A stretch of DNA of 63,540 bases, the filler included, from Octopus bimaculoides (Eukaryota): the NCBI RefSeq assembly GCF_001194135.2. It is 4 parts of 4 records of this genome, joined end to end, with 100 filler letters (N's around TTAATTAATTAA, not from the genome) between each part and the next. Parts side by side here need not be neighbours in the genome. Positions count along the whole stretch, not along the records: positions 1 to 29,231 come from NC_068989.1; 3 more parts are not named here. One strand, written 5' to 3'. Every line of letters begins with the position of its first letter. Position 1 is the first letter of the stretch. A program made the position numbers and the translations under genes. A model generated the notes under the pieces. The model ran no database searches and was not told where the DNA came from. It saw only the letters and a list, made by a program, of their open reading frames with translations. Positions 13,278-24,849 of this stretch are shown one piece after another.

Positions 13278-13449
13278 CTATTCAATTTTTTTTCTCCGTG
13301 TTTTTCTCCTTGTCTCCGTATTCTTTCTGTTGAAGAGCGTAGCTCGAAACGTCACAGACTTTCCGTATTCCCGAGCGTCATACTAATACATCCTTTTGTT
13401 ATTTACACCACCTGTCCTCGTCTGTTGTTGTTTTTTCGTATATTCTCCC
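13278..13449 (+). mobile_element. Penelope-like terminal repeat carrying a hammerhead motif
   Basis: Contains the HHR motif. Its 3' ~80 bp recurs inverted at 42856-42937. Confidence 0.55.
13322..13358 (+). ncRNA. Minimal type I hammerhead ribozyme motif, core variant (A6U)
   Basis: TCTTT-CTGTTGA-A-GAGC(GTA)GCTC-GAAA-CG-TC|ACAGA. Stem I has 4/5 pairs and stem II has 4 bp. Confidence 0.55.
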
Positions 13450-14203
13450 ATATATATATNNNNNNNNNNNNNNNNNNNNNNNNNNNNNNNNNNNNNNNNN
13501 NNNNNNNNNNNNNNNNNNNNNNNNNNNNNNNNNNNNNNNNNNNNNNNNNNNNNNNNNNNNNNNNNNNNNNNNNNNNNNNNNNNNNNNNNNNNNNNNNNNN
13601 NNNNNNNNNNNNNNNNNNNNNNNNNNNNNNNNNNNNNNNNNNNNNNNNNNNNNNNNNNNNNNNNNNNNNNNNNNNNNNNNNNNNNNNNNNNNNNNNNNNN
13701 NNNNNNNNNNNNNNNNNNNNNNNNNNNNNNNNNNNNNNNNNNNNNNNNNNNNNNNNNNNNNNNNNNNNNNNNNNNNNNNNNNNNNNNNNNNNNNNNNNNN
13801 NNNNNNNNNNNNNNNNNNNNNNNNNNNNNNNNNNNNNNNNNNNNNNNNNNNNNNNNNNNNNNNNNNNNNNNNNNNNNNNNNNNNNNNNNNNNNNNNNNNN
13901 NNNNNNNNNNNNNNNNNNNNNNNNNNNNNNNNNNNNNNNNNNNNNNNNNNNNNNNNNNNNNNNNNNNNNNNNNNNNNNNNNNNNNNNNNNNNNNNNNNNN
14001 NNNNNNNNNNNNNNNNNNNNNNNNNNNNNNNNNNNNNNNNNNNNNNNNNNNNNNNNNNNNNNNNNNNNNNNNNNNNNNNNNNNNNNNNNNNNNNNNNNNN
14101 NNNNNNNNNNNNNNNNNNNNNNNNNNNNNNNNNNNNNNNNNNNNNNNNNNNNNNNNNNNNNNNNNNNNNNNNNNNNNNNNCAGTACCCAGGTTTCAGACT
14201 TTT

Positions 14204-14248
14204 CAAATACGTTTCACAACGTAAATCTGATTAGTCTTCCTCAGTTGC
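14204..14248 (-). ncRNA. Degenerate hammerhead-like motif antisense to the adjacent Penelope fragment
   Basis: Minus strand reads GCAA-CTGAGGA-AGAC...GTTGT-GAAA-CG-TA|TTTG. The core is intact but stems I and II are imperfect. Confidence 0.35.
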
Positions 14249-14249
14249 A

Positions 14250-14830
14250 TTTACCTAGACAACATTTCAAATGTTGCTACATCAATGCCAAGTATACTCG
14301 CCCGAACGCCCAGCCGTTAACGGAACCGAGAACAGTGAAGAAGTTATCAATGAAAAATATTTCAATACAAATGTATTAATACAAATGTATCAATTTCCAG
14401 CAAAAAATAGCCCTATAAGGGTATATATATAAATTCATAAGAGTAGTACAACAAGGTACCGATATTTACTGGACAATAGCAATCGATATAAATACGACGC
14501 TATTGTATAGCTTCACTGCGTATATACTGGCAAAATGTACAGGTAGTACGGTAAATTTTAAGGCTAGATATAGGGACCACATGAGCTCGTTTTCAAATGA
14601 AAAATACTGTAGCTCTACCATGCTTGCATCTTATATACACGATCTAAAGAAGAATAGTAAGAGTTATTCTCTGGAATGGTTCGTTATTTCGAGAGCCCCT
14701 TACTTCAGAGTAAATATAAATAAGTGTAATTTGTGTGAGAGAGAATCCCTGGCATCCTTAGGTCTTTGGGGTCAAAAACTTTGAATAGATTTACTGAGGT
14801 GATCCCTTTTTGCAACCGTATGTTTTTGTT
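14250..14830 (+). mobile_element. Penelope-like element GIY-YIG endonuclease fragment
   Basis: ORF 14503-14784 reads TGSTVNFKARYRDHMSSFSNEKY.SSTMLASYIHDLK...YSLEW.VISRA.Y....KCNLCERE, typical of the C-terminal GIY-YIG region of PLEs. Confidence 0.75.
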
Positions 14831-15159
14831 CACCTTTTTTGAAGGGTATAGAAATAAAAGTAGATGTAATACAATTGTTTAGCGTTACGGAGATTTGAAA
14901 CCGGCGCGGTTGAATTTCTGTTAAATACAACTACCTAAGTGTTTATCAATAGATTTTGTTTATTAGAAAATTTGGACTGGTCCGTTGATGGGTTTTTCTC
15001 TTAAATTATATAAGCTTTTCATAAAAAGTATTAAGTTTTTCTTCAAAAAATTTGTTCTGTTGGTGTCTCCTTTTCCTGTTCATCCTAAAGAGGTGGGTCA
15101 TCGCCATGTTCCATTTTAGTGTAAATAAACTGCGGTTGTGAGCTCCCGAAATGGCCATA

Positions 15160-15337
15160 GATATATGTGAATTTTGAATTTGACCTGTGAAGTCTGCTCA
15201 TTATGAACTTTTGGACGTACTTGTGTGGAGGGAGTAACAGACTTTTTTCAAGATGTATGTGAATTTTACCTGTCGAAGTCTGTTTACTTAAGAACTTTGG
15301 ACGTACTTGTTTGAGGTAAGTAAAAGACTTTTTTCAA
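15160..15337. repeat. Two-copy ~90-bp tandem duplication
   Basis: 15160-15251 and 15252-15337 both run GAT(A/G)TATGTGAATTTT...ACCTGT.GAAGTCTG...TTGGACGTACTTGT...AGACTTTTTTCAA. Confidence 0.85.
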
Positions 15338-15820
15338 ATATAAAAAAAAAAAAAGAAATTTTAATTTTAAAAGAAATATTTTAACCGCTTGCTAAAACTT
15401 TTTTAGTCGCTGGATATTTATTTTATTTTTGTTTTCACCTTTATTTCTTATTTGTCTTTTAGGTTTTTTGGTAGTTTTTGAATTTTTAGCCGTTAATATT
15501 TAACATTTTTGTTAGGCCGTTCTATTTTATTCTATTATATACTTTTACCTTCTGTGATTTCATGTATATGCATTATTTTTATGTGTTTGTGAACCATGAA
15601 GATTTTTATATATGACTAAATGTTGTGGGGGTTGTTTTATGTAAAGTCGTTGACCAAAATTTAATGTTTGTTCTATAACCAATGCTTCTTTATTCTTTGT
15701 CTCATTTATATTTGAGCACTTCTTTTGCAGTCCTATAAACCCTTTTGTTTCTATTAGAAGAGACTAATATTATTTCTTGGTGTGTATCTACATATATATA
15801 TATTTCGTGTTAAAATCGTC

Positions 15821-16156
15821 GTATAATGGGATATTTTCCCTTCAATAAAATTAGTGCCGTTGTTTGTTAACAACAACTATCGGCGGTACTGTTATTTATG
15901 ACATCGTTCGTACGTTTGTACTGGTTTTAGCTTTAGGTTTAAGGTTCGGGTTTTAGGGTTAGGAGGTTAGGGTTAAGGTTATAAGTATTTTTGCCAAACA
16001 CTAACCCTAACTCTAAAACCAGAACCCTAACCCTAAAACCCCAAAGCTAAAACCAGTACAAACACACCAACGATGTCATAAATAATAGTACCAACGATAG
16101 TTGTTGTTGACAAACTACGGTACTAGTTTTATTGAAGGGAAAAGATCCCATTACAC
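15821..16156. repeat. 336-bp foldback with internal TTAGGG/CCCTAA-like repeats (probable MITE)
   Basis: The outer 114-bp arms are reverse complements with ~12 mismatches by manual count. The inner arms are TTAGGG-like (left) and CCCTAA-like (right) around a ~20-bp loop. Confidence 0.9.
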
Positions 16157-18179
16157 CGTTAGAACATGTTGTTTACATTCCACAGCAGTAATTGTTTTGA
16201 CCTCAAAGACGTCAGTGATTGGTTGAAATTACCGAAATACGACAACTTTTAATATGAAATAACTTCGAATATGAAAATGTTTTCTTCGTTCTATAAGACA
16301 AAATATACAAGCACACGGAGTTTTAAAGTGTTTCGGTAGAAAACACACTAAATAAAGCATAAATAAAAAGTGGCACCCGCCAAATCAGAAGGATCCTAAA
16401 TTTCTTGCTTAGGGGTTATTCAGGATGCTAGTGATAGTAGTTGAGGTGGAAGGCCGAAGGAATGGAGAAGGGTGGTTTATCTAGTATGTGAATGGTACCT
16501 TTGTGATAGTTTATATGAAGGTTATAGCGTTAAAGTTTGAGGTAGGGTAAATGGGAATGGCTATTATTTGAGGGAAATAAGTTGATTGGTTCAGTGGCTG
16601 AGGGAGACGAGTAAAGAATGTAGAGAAGAATGAGAGGAGGTGGAGGGGGATAGTGAGGTGAGTAGGTAGTGAAAATAGTTGCTAGTGGGACAAAGGAATT
16701 GCGTTCGTATTGGAGGTGGGTGTTATGGTATGGAGAGGTGTGTAAAATTGAATAGAGGGATGCGAGTAGGGAGAGGGTAGAGGTAGATCGGTTAGTTTTC
16801 AAAGGTAGTGCCAAGTACTTTTTGAAAGTGGGAAGATTGGGGAGGATAAGATGGAAGCGGGAAGTAGTGGATATGAAGAATTATGCCTTCCAAGAGGGTG
16901 TAATTGAGAAACTGGACAATTGCAAGTTTTACTACCAGTTCCTGGGTTGGAGTTTACTGCTAGTGAGGTTGATCTCCGTCGGTTCATTGTTAGTGGGGGA
17001 GAACCTGAAGTGCAAACTGTATTGGATTGGGAGTTGGTATAGCAGCTAATATTTATCAATCAGTGTTTTTAAATCCTTATGAATATGTCATATCGTCATT
17101 CATTTGTATAAACACGTACTGATAAATAACATTGAATTTGAATATATTTCAAAGTAAGAAATATAAAATGGTTATTCTACCATTGATTATATTCTGAAGG
17201 TAATTTACAATATACCTACTGTATATTAAATTTGGCGAAATTTTCCTGGTTTATTATAAAATTAATATGCATTATATTATCTGTATCAATATTATATCTA
17301 CATCCTCAAAAACGTGATTCTGTATCAAACTATAATCGATTTATTATGATGAGTGGAAATTACAAATTGTGCAACTTTTTCCACGGTATAACCATCGCCA
17401 CTAAAGTAAATACACATTGAGAAGAACAAACGATAAATAATTTACAAGCTTTGTTTATGAAGTTATATTAATGTCTTTTAGCAACCGATATACTTAATTT
17501 AGCGAGGAAATTCATATGAGGCATGTATGGCAAAACAATATGATAGTAATAAAATGAATAAAATGTTTGATTGGAAATTTAGTAATTACCGATATAGATG
17601 ATCGATGATATATATTGAACGACGACGAAATATATTGAGAATTTCGTGATATTACTTTGATCATATCATTCATTATTTGGCTGATACATTACAAATACTT
17701 GACTTTCTCTGTATTTTTCTTATATCATTATTAAACGGACGAAATACTGGTTCTCCTGGTTGATTTTTAGAGCCTTGTGTTTCGTACTAGCATCTACTCT
17801 GGGAATAATGGGCAGCTACCATGATCTTTCTCATTTTTTACTGTTTAGGAAATTAGTGAAAAGAAATGAGAAAATTATCTTTAACTAGGAGTCCTAATCG
17901 GGAAGCTTGCGATTCGTCATGGCCACCATTAACGGCTCCCGAATTCATTGTTAAACAGGCAACTGAGTACGTCTCCCATAAAAGAAGGCGAAACTCAAAA
18001 TACCAGAACAAACACGGCAAGAGAACTCATTCGACCATGTCAAAATTTTACAAATACACTGCCCGAGCTGGTGCTATCTTCTGTCGACTAATTTTGTAAC
18101 TTGAACATGCAGGAAATTTAAAGACAAACAGAATGGCTAACCTATGAAATTCATTCGCATCTACATAATTCATTTATTC

Positions 18180-18548
18180 TTTTACTTGTTTCAGTCATTT
18201 GATTGCGGCCATGCTGGAACACCACCTTTTAGTCGAGCAATTCGACCCCCAGGACTTATTCTTTGTAAGCCTAGTACTTTTTGCCGAAGCGCTAAGTTAC
18301 GGGGACGTAAACACACCAGCATCGCATGTCAAGCAATTGTTGGGGGGGGGGACACAGACACACACATACAATCACACACACATACACACACAGGCTTCTT
18401 TCGGTTTCCGTCTACCAAATCCACTCATACGGCTTTGGTCGGCCCAAGGCTATATTAGAAGGTACTTGCCCAAGGTGCCACGCAGTAGGACTGAACCTGG
18501 AACCATGTGGTTGGTAAGCAAGCTACTTACCACACAGCCATGTCTGCG
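18180..18548 (-). mobile_element. SINE family A, full-length and well preserved
   Basis: Minus strand reads ATGGCTGTGTGGTAAG...GGTTCAGTCC...CACCTTGGGCAAGT...GGTAGACGGAAAC...(GT)n...GCATGGCCGCAATCAAATGACTGAAACAAGTAAAAG. Confidence 0.9.
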
Positions 18549-18799
18549 GCAGTTGTTTACTAAATGGAATTATATATATTGAAAACCTCCATAGCCAAAT
18601 GTAATGAATCGACATAAGATAAACCGCTTCGTAGTACGACATGTAGCGCCATTTGTAAAATACATGAGAATGACCAAATACATGCATCGGAATTCATGAT
18701 TCGAACTTTGAAATAATATATACCTTGTGTGTGAATATGGTTCACGGAAACGTTGTGAAGGTCTGTCAAATATAAAGACGTATGTATTTGTGGATGGAT

Positions 18800-19090
18800 G
18801 TGTGCAAGTACGTATGTATATATGTGTGTGTGTGAGTGTGTGCAGCGTTTGTGTATGTGTGCGTGTGTGCATACAGGTGTGTGTTCCCTTGTGTTTGTGC
18901 TTGTCCCGCTACAGCTTGAAAATCATTGTTTTGTTCATGTCCCCGTAATAAACGTTCGGCAGAAGAGACCGATTAATAAGTATCAGAATTGAAAAAAAAA
19001 AAGGTGGGATTTGTTTGACTAAGCACTTGAAGCCAGTGGCCCCTCGATGTGACCAGAGTCTAGTGACTGAAAGAAGTAAAAGATAAAATA
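18800..19090 (+). mobile_element. SINE family A, 3' half (degenerate)
   Basis: (GT)-rich tract, then GTCCCCGTAA...GAGACCGAT...GTGACTGAAAGAAGTAAAAGATAAAA. Confidence 0.7.
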
Positions 19091-19141
19091 TAGAAAATAA
19101 GATGTCATGTGATGCAAAAAAATATGTAACAGAATGAATAA

Positions 19142-19354
19142 TTTTTCCTACTCTAGGCACAAGGTCTGAAATTTTGGGGGAGGGTGCAGTCGATTAGATC
19201 GACCCTGGTATGCAACTGGTACTTTATTCATCGATCCCGAAAGAATGAAAGACAAATTCGACCTCGACGAAAATTGAACTCAGAACGTAAAGACAGACGA
19301 AATGCCGCTAAGCATTACGCAGGCGTGCTGAGGTTTTTTCCAGCTCACCGCCTT
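19142..19354 (-). mobile_element. SINE family B, tail type 1
   Basis: Plus strand reads CTACTCTAGGCACAAGG...GAACTCAGAACGTAAAGACAGACGAAATGCCGCTAAGC...CAGCTCACCGCCTT. Confidence 0.9.
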
Positions 19355-19836
19355 GTAAAAGAATAAGGTTACGAACTTAGCTAAGTGCTGATCATAACAT
19401 ATATACTGATCTGTGTTACCAGGCTGAGTTGTCCCTAATGCATTTTACAGCGAAAAGAACTTTTGGGAGTGGATTTGTATTGTAAATTGTTCATGTTAAT
19501 TTTCTTACAACAGTTCCTTCCTCAATAAGTAAACTAGTACAATGCGACACAGTATGTATATTAGAATAAACGAACAACTGTATTTGGTGGGGGCTTTGTT
19601 TTATCGACCTCAGAAAGATAAAAAGTAAATATGAATGTTGGTCATTTTGCAAATGAGGACGACAAATGGCGGTAACTGAACAACAAATCAATTTATCTGA
19701 CGTTGTAATAATTCTATAAAAACTCAACCTTACTTTGTATGTAATTATACCATACACCCAAATTGCTGTTTAAAAAGAGACACCAAGCTCAATTTCGCTT
19801 TAAGCTTAAACAATTTTCGGTTCGCCAAAGACTTTA

Positions 19837-19874
<38 letters not shown>

Positions 19875-20619
19875 AAATGATACAAGTCCTATTTTTATAC
19901 TTCTCTTTATAACTGTACGTGTTGGTAGAAAATAATAATCATTAACATTTATGCTTCTTTTATTTATTTCTTTTCTTCCCATATTTACCTTCGTTGCGTC
20001 CGTTTCCTGAAGCCTATTGAATTTTGAAAGTTCATGTAATTGAAAAATAGTGCACAGTTATGCAAATAAATCCCAGAAGTACGCACATGAGTTTACATTG
20101 AATGGATAAAACCATTCTTACTGTTTTAGGTGTAGTGTGATTTGCTTTGTGAAATCTTAGATTAACAATCATTTGTGTCAATGACATAAAACGACAACGA
20201 TTTAATCAACTTAAGTACACAAATGTTGCGTGTGTTATCGATCCAGAAGAATAAAATGTAATTTGAAATGAGAGCACAAAGGATAAAAGTAAACACACCC
20301 TACAAGGAACCCTGTCCTCCATGCTACCTTTACTAGCGTTTCTACCTTCGTTTGACTTCTAAATCATATTTATAATTGTAAGTCATCAGCGCGGAATAAA
20401 GTGTACGATTAAGATCGATCCCAGCAAGGAGAAATTGGATCGGAATTCAGTCATCGTTTGAGTACAGTTCAATTAACATTAATGCCCTAACACCCTCTTG
20501 GAAGACTTGTTTGTACCTCTCATTCTACACGACTATAATACATTTCAGTCCAATAATCAGGAATAGAAAAAAAAAATAATCAAAGTGGAGAAAAGTAGAA
20601 TCGTTGACATAACTGCTTT

Positions 20620-20797
20620 GAGGTGAGCTGACAGAGTACTTAGCCATGTCGGAATAAAATGTTCAGCGAGTTCTTCTTCTGGATCTTTACTGCCGTTTCA
20701 TCTGTTTTGTATCCTGAGTTCAAATTCCTCCGTGGTTGATGTCATCGACGAGACGACTTTTGCAAAATTTCAGGACTGAAGCACATAGTAGGCAGAG
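20620..20797 (+). mobile_element. SINE family B, old degenerate copy
   Basis: GAGGTGAGCTGACAGAG...CTGAGTTCAAATTCC...AAAATTTTCAGGAC. Another decayed head lies at ~21060-21165. Confidence 0.5.
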
Positions 20798-21274
20798 TTG
20801 TTATTATTATTATTAGTATTAGTAGTAGTAGTAGTAGTAGTAATAGTAGTAGTAGAGGCGGCGGCGGCGTTATGAAGGTAGTAAACTTGTAGAAACATCA
20901 CAATAGCATTTCCTCTGGTGAGGTCGATATTTTGCCTTTAATCTTCTCGTGAATATAAAATACGTACCAGTTTAAAACTATGGTCGGCATAATAGACCGC
21001 CATTGCTTCCCTGAAATTAATGGTTTTAAGTCAATACTTGAAACCATAAATACTATTATGAGGGTGATGAGTTTGAAGAGTCGGCAGCGCGTTGAACAAA
21101 ATGCCTGGTGGCAATTCTTTCGGTACTCTACGTTTGGAGTTAAAATCCCACCGTGATTAACGTCGTCCTAGGTGAAGAAAGTTAGTCAACCATTCAAGCA
21201 CCTCTGCCTAAAATTCGAACTTATTATTATTGCCATTATCATTATTATTATTTATCATCATCATCATCATCATT

Positions 21275-21640
21275 ATCCAGTAGTCTTACTTTTAGCACGT
21301 GTTTTTACCTGTATTGTAACCGTCTTGAGCTGCCACATCTTTTCGATTTTGATTAACAAATCTTTATTTTTATCTGAAGCTATCAAATTCATTTGCCGAG
21401 ATATTATAATAACGGGGTATTCTCATGTCAATCAATAAACCGACTTCATTGCTTTGGTCTTTCACAACAATATCTGGTTTATTTGCTCTGATGGTCTGGT
21501 CTGTACGGACTGGAACGTCCCAAAGAATCGTTACATTTTCTCCCTCAGTTACAGCCTCAGGGTGATGATGCTGGTACCATTTGCAAGCAGTTTTGACTTT
21601 ATACCGCTGACACATTATCCAATGTAGATATTAGCCAAGA
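21275..21640 (-). mobile_element. Dong/R4 RLE-domain fragment
   Basis: ORF 21370-21615 reads KWYQH.HPEAVTE.ENVTILWDVPVRTDQTIRANKPDIVVKD...LLIDMRIP. An (ATT)/(CAT)n tail lies at ~21220-21275. Confidence 0.8.
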
Positions 21641-21641
21641 C

Positions 21642-21955
21642 CGTTGGTGTTATAACGAGGGTGCAATATATTTGGTTTTGTACGTAGTATTGTTCTACAG
21701 AATGTTTAATAAAGTAGAAAATTTGTTTTAAAATTTGAGATTACGTTAACGGTATTTTAGGTAAATATAGGCAGTTCCCATGAGCACTATATTTTGAATT
21801 TCTTCGAATCTTAGATTTCCTTGTATCTGAGCTAGGTAGGAATCAGCCCCTTTTGCTCTCGTTCCTAGGGCACCTATGACAACAAGTATTGTTTTCGTCT
21901 TGAGGTTCCATATTTTGCCATGCTCAGTTTTTGGTAGGTCTTGATAGATACATTT
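21642..21955 (-). mobile_element. Dong/R4 3' fragment, same subfamily as 4359-4800
   Basis: Reads KIWNLKTKTILVVIGALGTRAKGADSYLAQIQGNL...IVLMGTAY. The 3' UTR aligns by eye to 4440-4550. Confidence 0.8.
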
Positions 21956-22009
21956 ATATATATATTGGGACGGACATATTATTATTATATTATTATTATT
22001 ATTATTATT

Positions 22010-22200
22010 TCTCTTTATCTTAGGTTCTGATGGGGCTCCTGGGTTGTAGTTATCTCTTTCGCCTTCCAAATTGACTATTCATGGGTCAGAGGGGCATTGA
22101 ACATTAAGTCTGTAGCATTTGCGGTGCACCTTGTCCACCTCCACTAGGTCCGTTCTGTTATGCTTGAGGCCCTGATCTGTTTGGATTGGGAAATCAGTAG
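22010..22200 (-). mobile_element. Dong/R4 RLE-domain fragment (third in cluster)
   Basis: Reads DFPIQTDQGLKHNRTDLVEVDKVHRKCYRLNVQCP (decayed WDFPIQTD..HNRPDIV..D motif), followed by (TAA)n at ~21977-22009. Confidence 0.65.
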
Positions 22201-22463
22201 ATTGGAAAATGAGAGTGGGGACACACTGTCCCTTTAGAGAATTCCGCTCCTGACTTTCACCTCTCCTAATACTTGATTTCCTGATGTCAATTCCGATCTC
22301 TAACGTTTCATACTGTTCTATATAAGGATTTTCATGTTTTCTGGCACTCCATACATTTCCATTGTTATTATCCAGGAGCATAGTATTAAATCGTGTGCTT
22401 TTCGATAGTCAACCCATTTTAGGCTCAGGTTTGTGTGTCTTCTCTTGCAGTTTCCGACAATTT

Positions 22464-22511
22464 AATTCTCCACTTGGAAAATTCTCCATTTGGAAAATTC
22501 TCCATTTCGAA
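22464..22511. repeat. 3 x 16-bp tandem repeat AATTCTCCA(C/T)TT(G/C)GAA
   Basis: Direct read. Confidence 0.9.
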
Positions 22512-23299
22512 AGAGATAAATTATTTACTAGATAGTTACAAGAATGTAGTTTGTACATTAAATAATTCATAGCTTTCAAAGTCTACACATTATGATAAAG
22601 ATCTAACTTCCAAGAATTATTTCGGTGCGGCTGAGAATCCTGCACGTTTTAAGTTACAATCAACCATAAATATACTTTCTGAAGTTTGAAATTATATTTT
22701 CAAACTGATTCATCGAATTGCATCGTGTCCTACTAGAAAATATTACCAGTATTTTGGGGGGACTATAACAAGTCAAACTTTTGAATCATAGCAAAGATGA
22801 CTGTAATCATTGTATTGTGAAGAATTTTGTCCAAAAGTTATTCAGTATTGACGACCATTTCTAAGCTAATAACTTTTTCATTGCCATAAAACGAATTTTT
22901 TAGTTTAAATATTTATAAATAACTAAACGTTGAACGGCTTACTTTGTAGTATTATAATGTTAAAATACTTAAAAATAACTTGGGAGTCAACGGCTTACAA
23001 CCGAGTATTATGCTGTTGCGTCCTAAAACATAATCAAAATGTTTTCGATTTCTTAGCGTGCCTTGGATCTAAAACGCTTTTTATGGTTTTATTTTCATTC
23101 AGCCACACCACTGATATAACGATCGCCACCAGCATTCCCTATATTTTCCTGTATATTGATTCCTCTTAGTTTTGCTACATCTCTTAAATATTCTTCAATG
23201 AGAACATCCTATAGTACCGACTCAGGTCCGTTGTCTTTCGCCCCTTGGTTTAAAGCATTTTTACTCGCGTGTTTCCTGGAAATGTTTGTTTTAATATTC

Positions 23300-24130
23300 C
23301 CTCTCGTACAATGTTTGACTCTGTAAAAAGACACAAAAATCTCATAGATCTAACGGAAATCCCTATTTCCTATATTGCGCGATACGTTTATTTGCCGATC
23401 TTATTATAGACAGGCCCTTCTTGTTTGCTTTTTGTTTTCCAAACACCCTTAGAGTTTTTCGTCTAGAAATGCTTCGTTAATTTCAGATAAATGAAGTTAT
23501 TAAAAAGTACGATCTAGCAGTTGCTTCTCTAAACATTTTGCTTGTTTCATTGTGCCACTCACAGTTGATGTCACTGTCACACTCCAGAAAATCAAGCAGA
23601 ATGATGTATTTGTTACCCATCAAAACACTCCTCATATTCTGCGCTGATCGCTGGATTTTGAAATTTCGCGAATTTGTAGAATGGGTATAACATTCTATAG
23701 GCTACACTGGCATTTTCCGAATCATAAACACGCGTCCACGTTTCATCTTATCTCTTGATCAGTTTCAACCAATTCCATTAGATAAGAGTAGACGTCCATC
23801 CTCCATTCGTTCAAATCTAGTGACACATGCCGACGTATCCTTTTCCCACACATTTTCCAATAACGAAAGTCTTCCTCCATATTTCGTAATGTGTTATGAT
23901 CACATTTTAATTGTGCAGCAAAATCACGATTTGTGATTCATCTCTTTGCAAGAATTAGTACGGCAAATTGCTTCAGTCAATGATGCCGTCTCCATAAACA
24001 TCCCACGGCCTTCCGGGAATGTCCCCCCAGCTTTTCTTCTTCGAAAAGACAAAAAAGATCAATGACATCTTATTCTTCTTTGGAAGCTATCCGCCATGCA
24101 AGAACGGGAAGAAGGTTTACTACAGAAGAA
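23300..24130 (-). mobile_element. Heavily decayed mariner transposase
   Basis: Minus-strand pieces across frameshifts read NRDFAAQLKCDHNTL (HTH), DETWTRVYDSE (GDETW motif) and FKIQRSA...IILLDFLE...IN. Confidence 0.55.
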
Positions 24131-24338
24131 GAGTTCCCTCTGCCAGCATATAAAATATCGACAACTTTTATCAGTTGAAATAGATCCTGCCTAGTTTAGC
24201 ATTCCTTTCAGTATAACTCACGTATAAGAAAATATTTAACGAAACATACATGAATGAGGCACATAAATGCTGAGCAGCCACATTGGCTTATACGGCTCAT
24301 CATTTATGTGTGTATGCATATATATATATGTATATATA

Positions 24339-24375
<37 letters not shown>

Positions 24376-24849
24376 TTCTGTGTGTAATTATGCTAATGTA
24401 ATTATACACAGAGAAAGATTTCAGAAATATGATTGTATTAGCAGGCTGTTTCGTCTGACAAATGCGTACGCCCACATATGCGCGCACGCACACGCACGCA
24501 CACACACACACACACACAAGCACAAGCACACACAAACACGTGCGCGCGCAACCGGCAGACATACATACTCACGCGCGTTGACACACTCATCATTTTATAT
24601 GAAATTAGATGAACCTCTGCCTGAAACTGCACTACTGCGTTTTGTGTTAATTTAATTGTGGCGGTGTATTTTATAACATGTCTCCTCTCATCCCATTAAT
24701 GTATTTTCCTCAGCCTTTATGCAGCAGTCTTTTAACTAGAGTAAATTGAATTTATGAGCTGGAATATCTTACAAACGTCTAAAGTCATTCTGTGTAACTG
24801 ACACATTTCCTCTTATCAATTTGTTGCTGTGCTTATAACAGGAAGCTGA

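Noticed and set aside
12607-14379. Long ORFs spanning N runs (also at 32.2-32.8, 35.9-36.8, 38.6-39.6, 41.0-41.6, 46.4-47.2, 47.6-48.0 and 49.8-50.3 kb)
   Set aside because: They are open only because N codons are not stops.
15935-16045. True telomere-telomere fusion site
   Set aside because: The repeats are short and degenerate and are bracketed by mirror-image unique arms, which fits a foldback element better.
16440-17050. Purine-rich block whose minus strand has RNSFVPLA, like the SFFP motif ending some LINE RTs
   Set aside because: A single weak motif is not enough to call an element.
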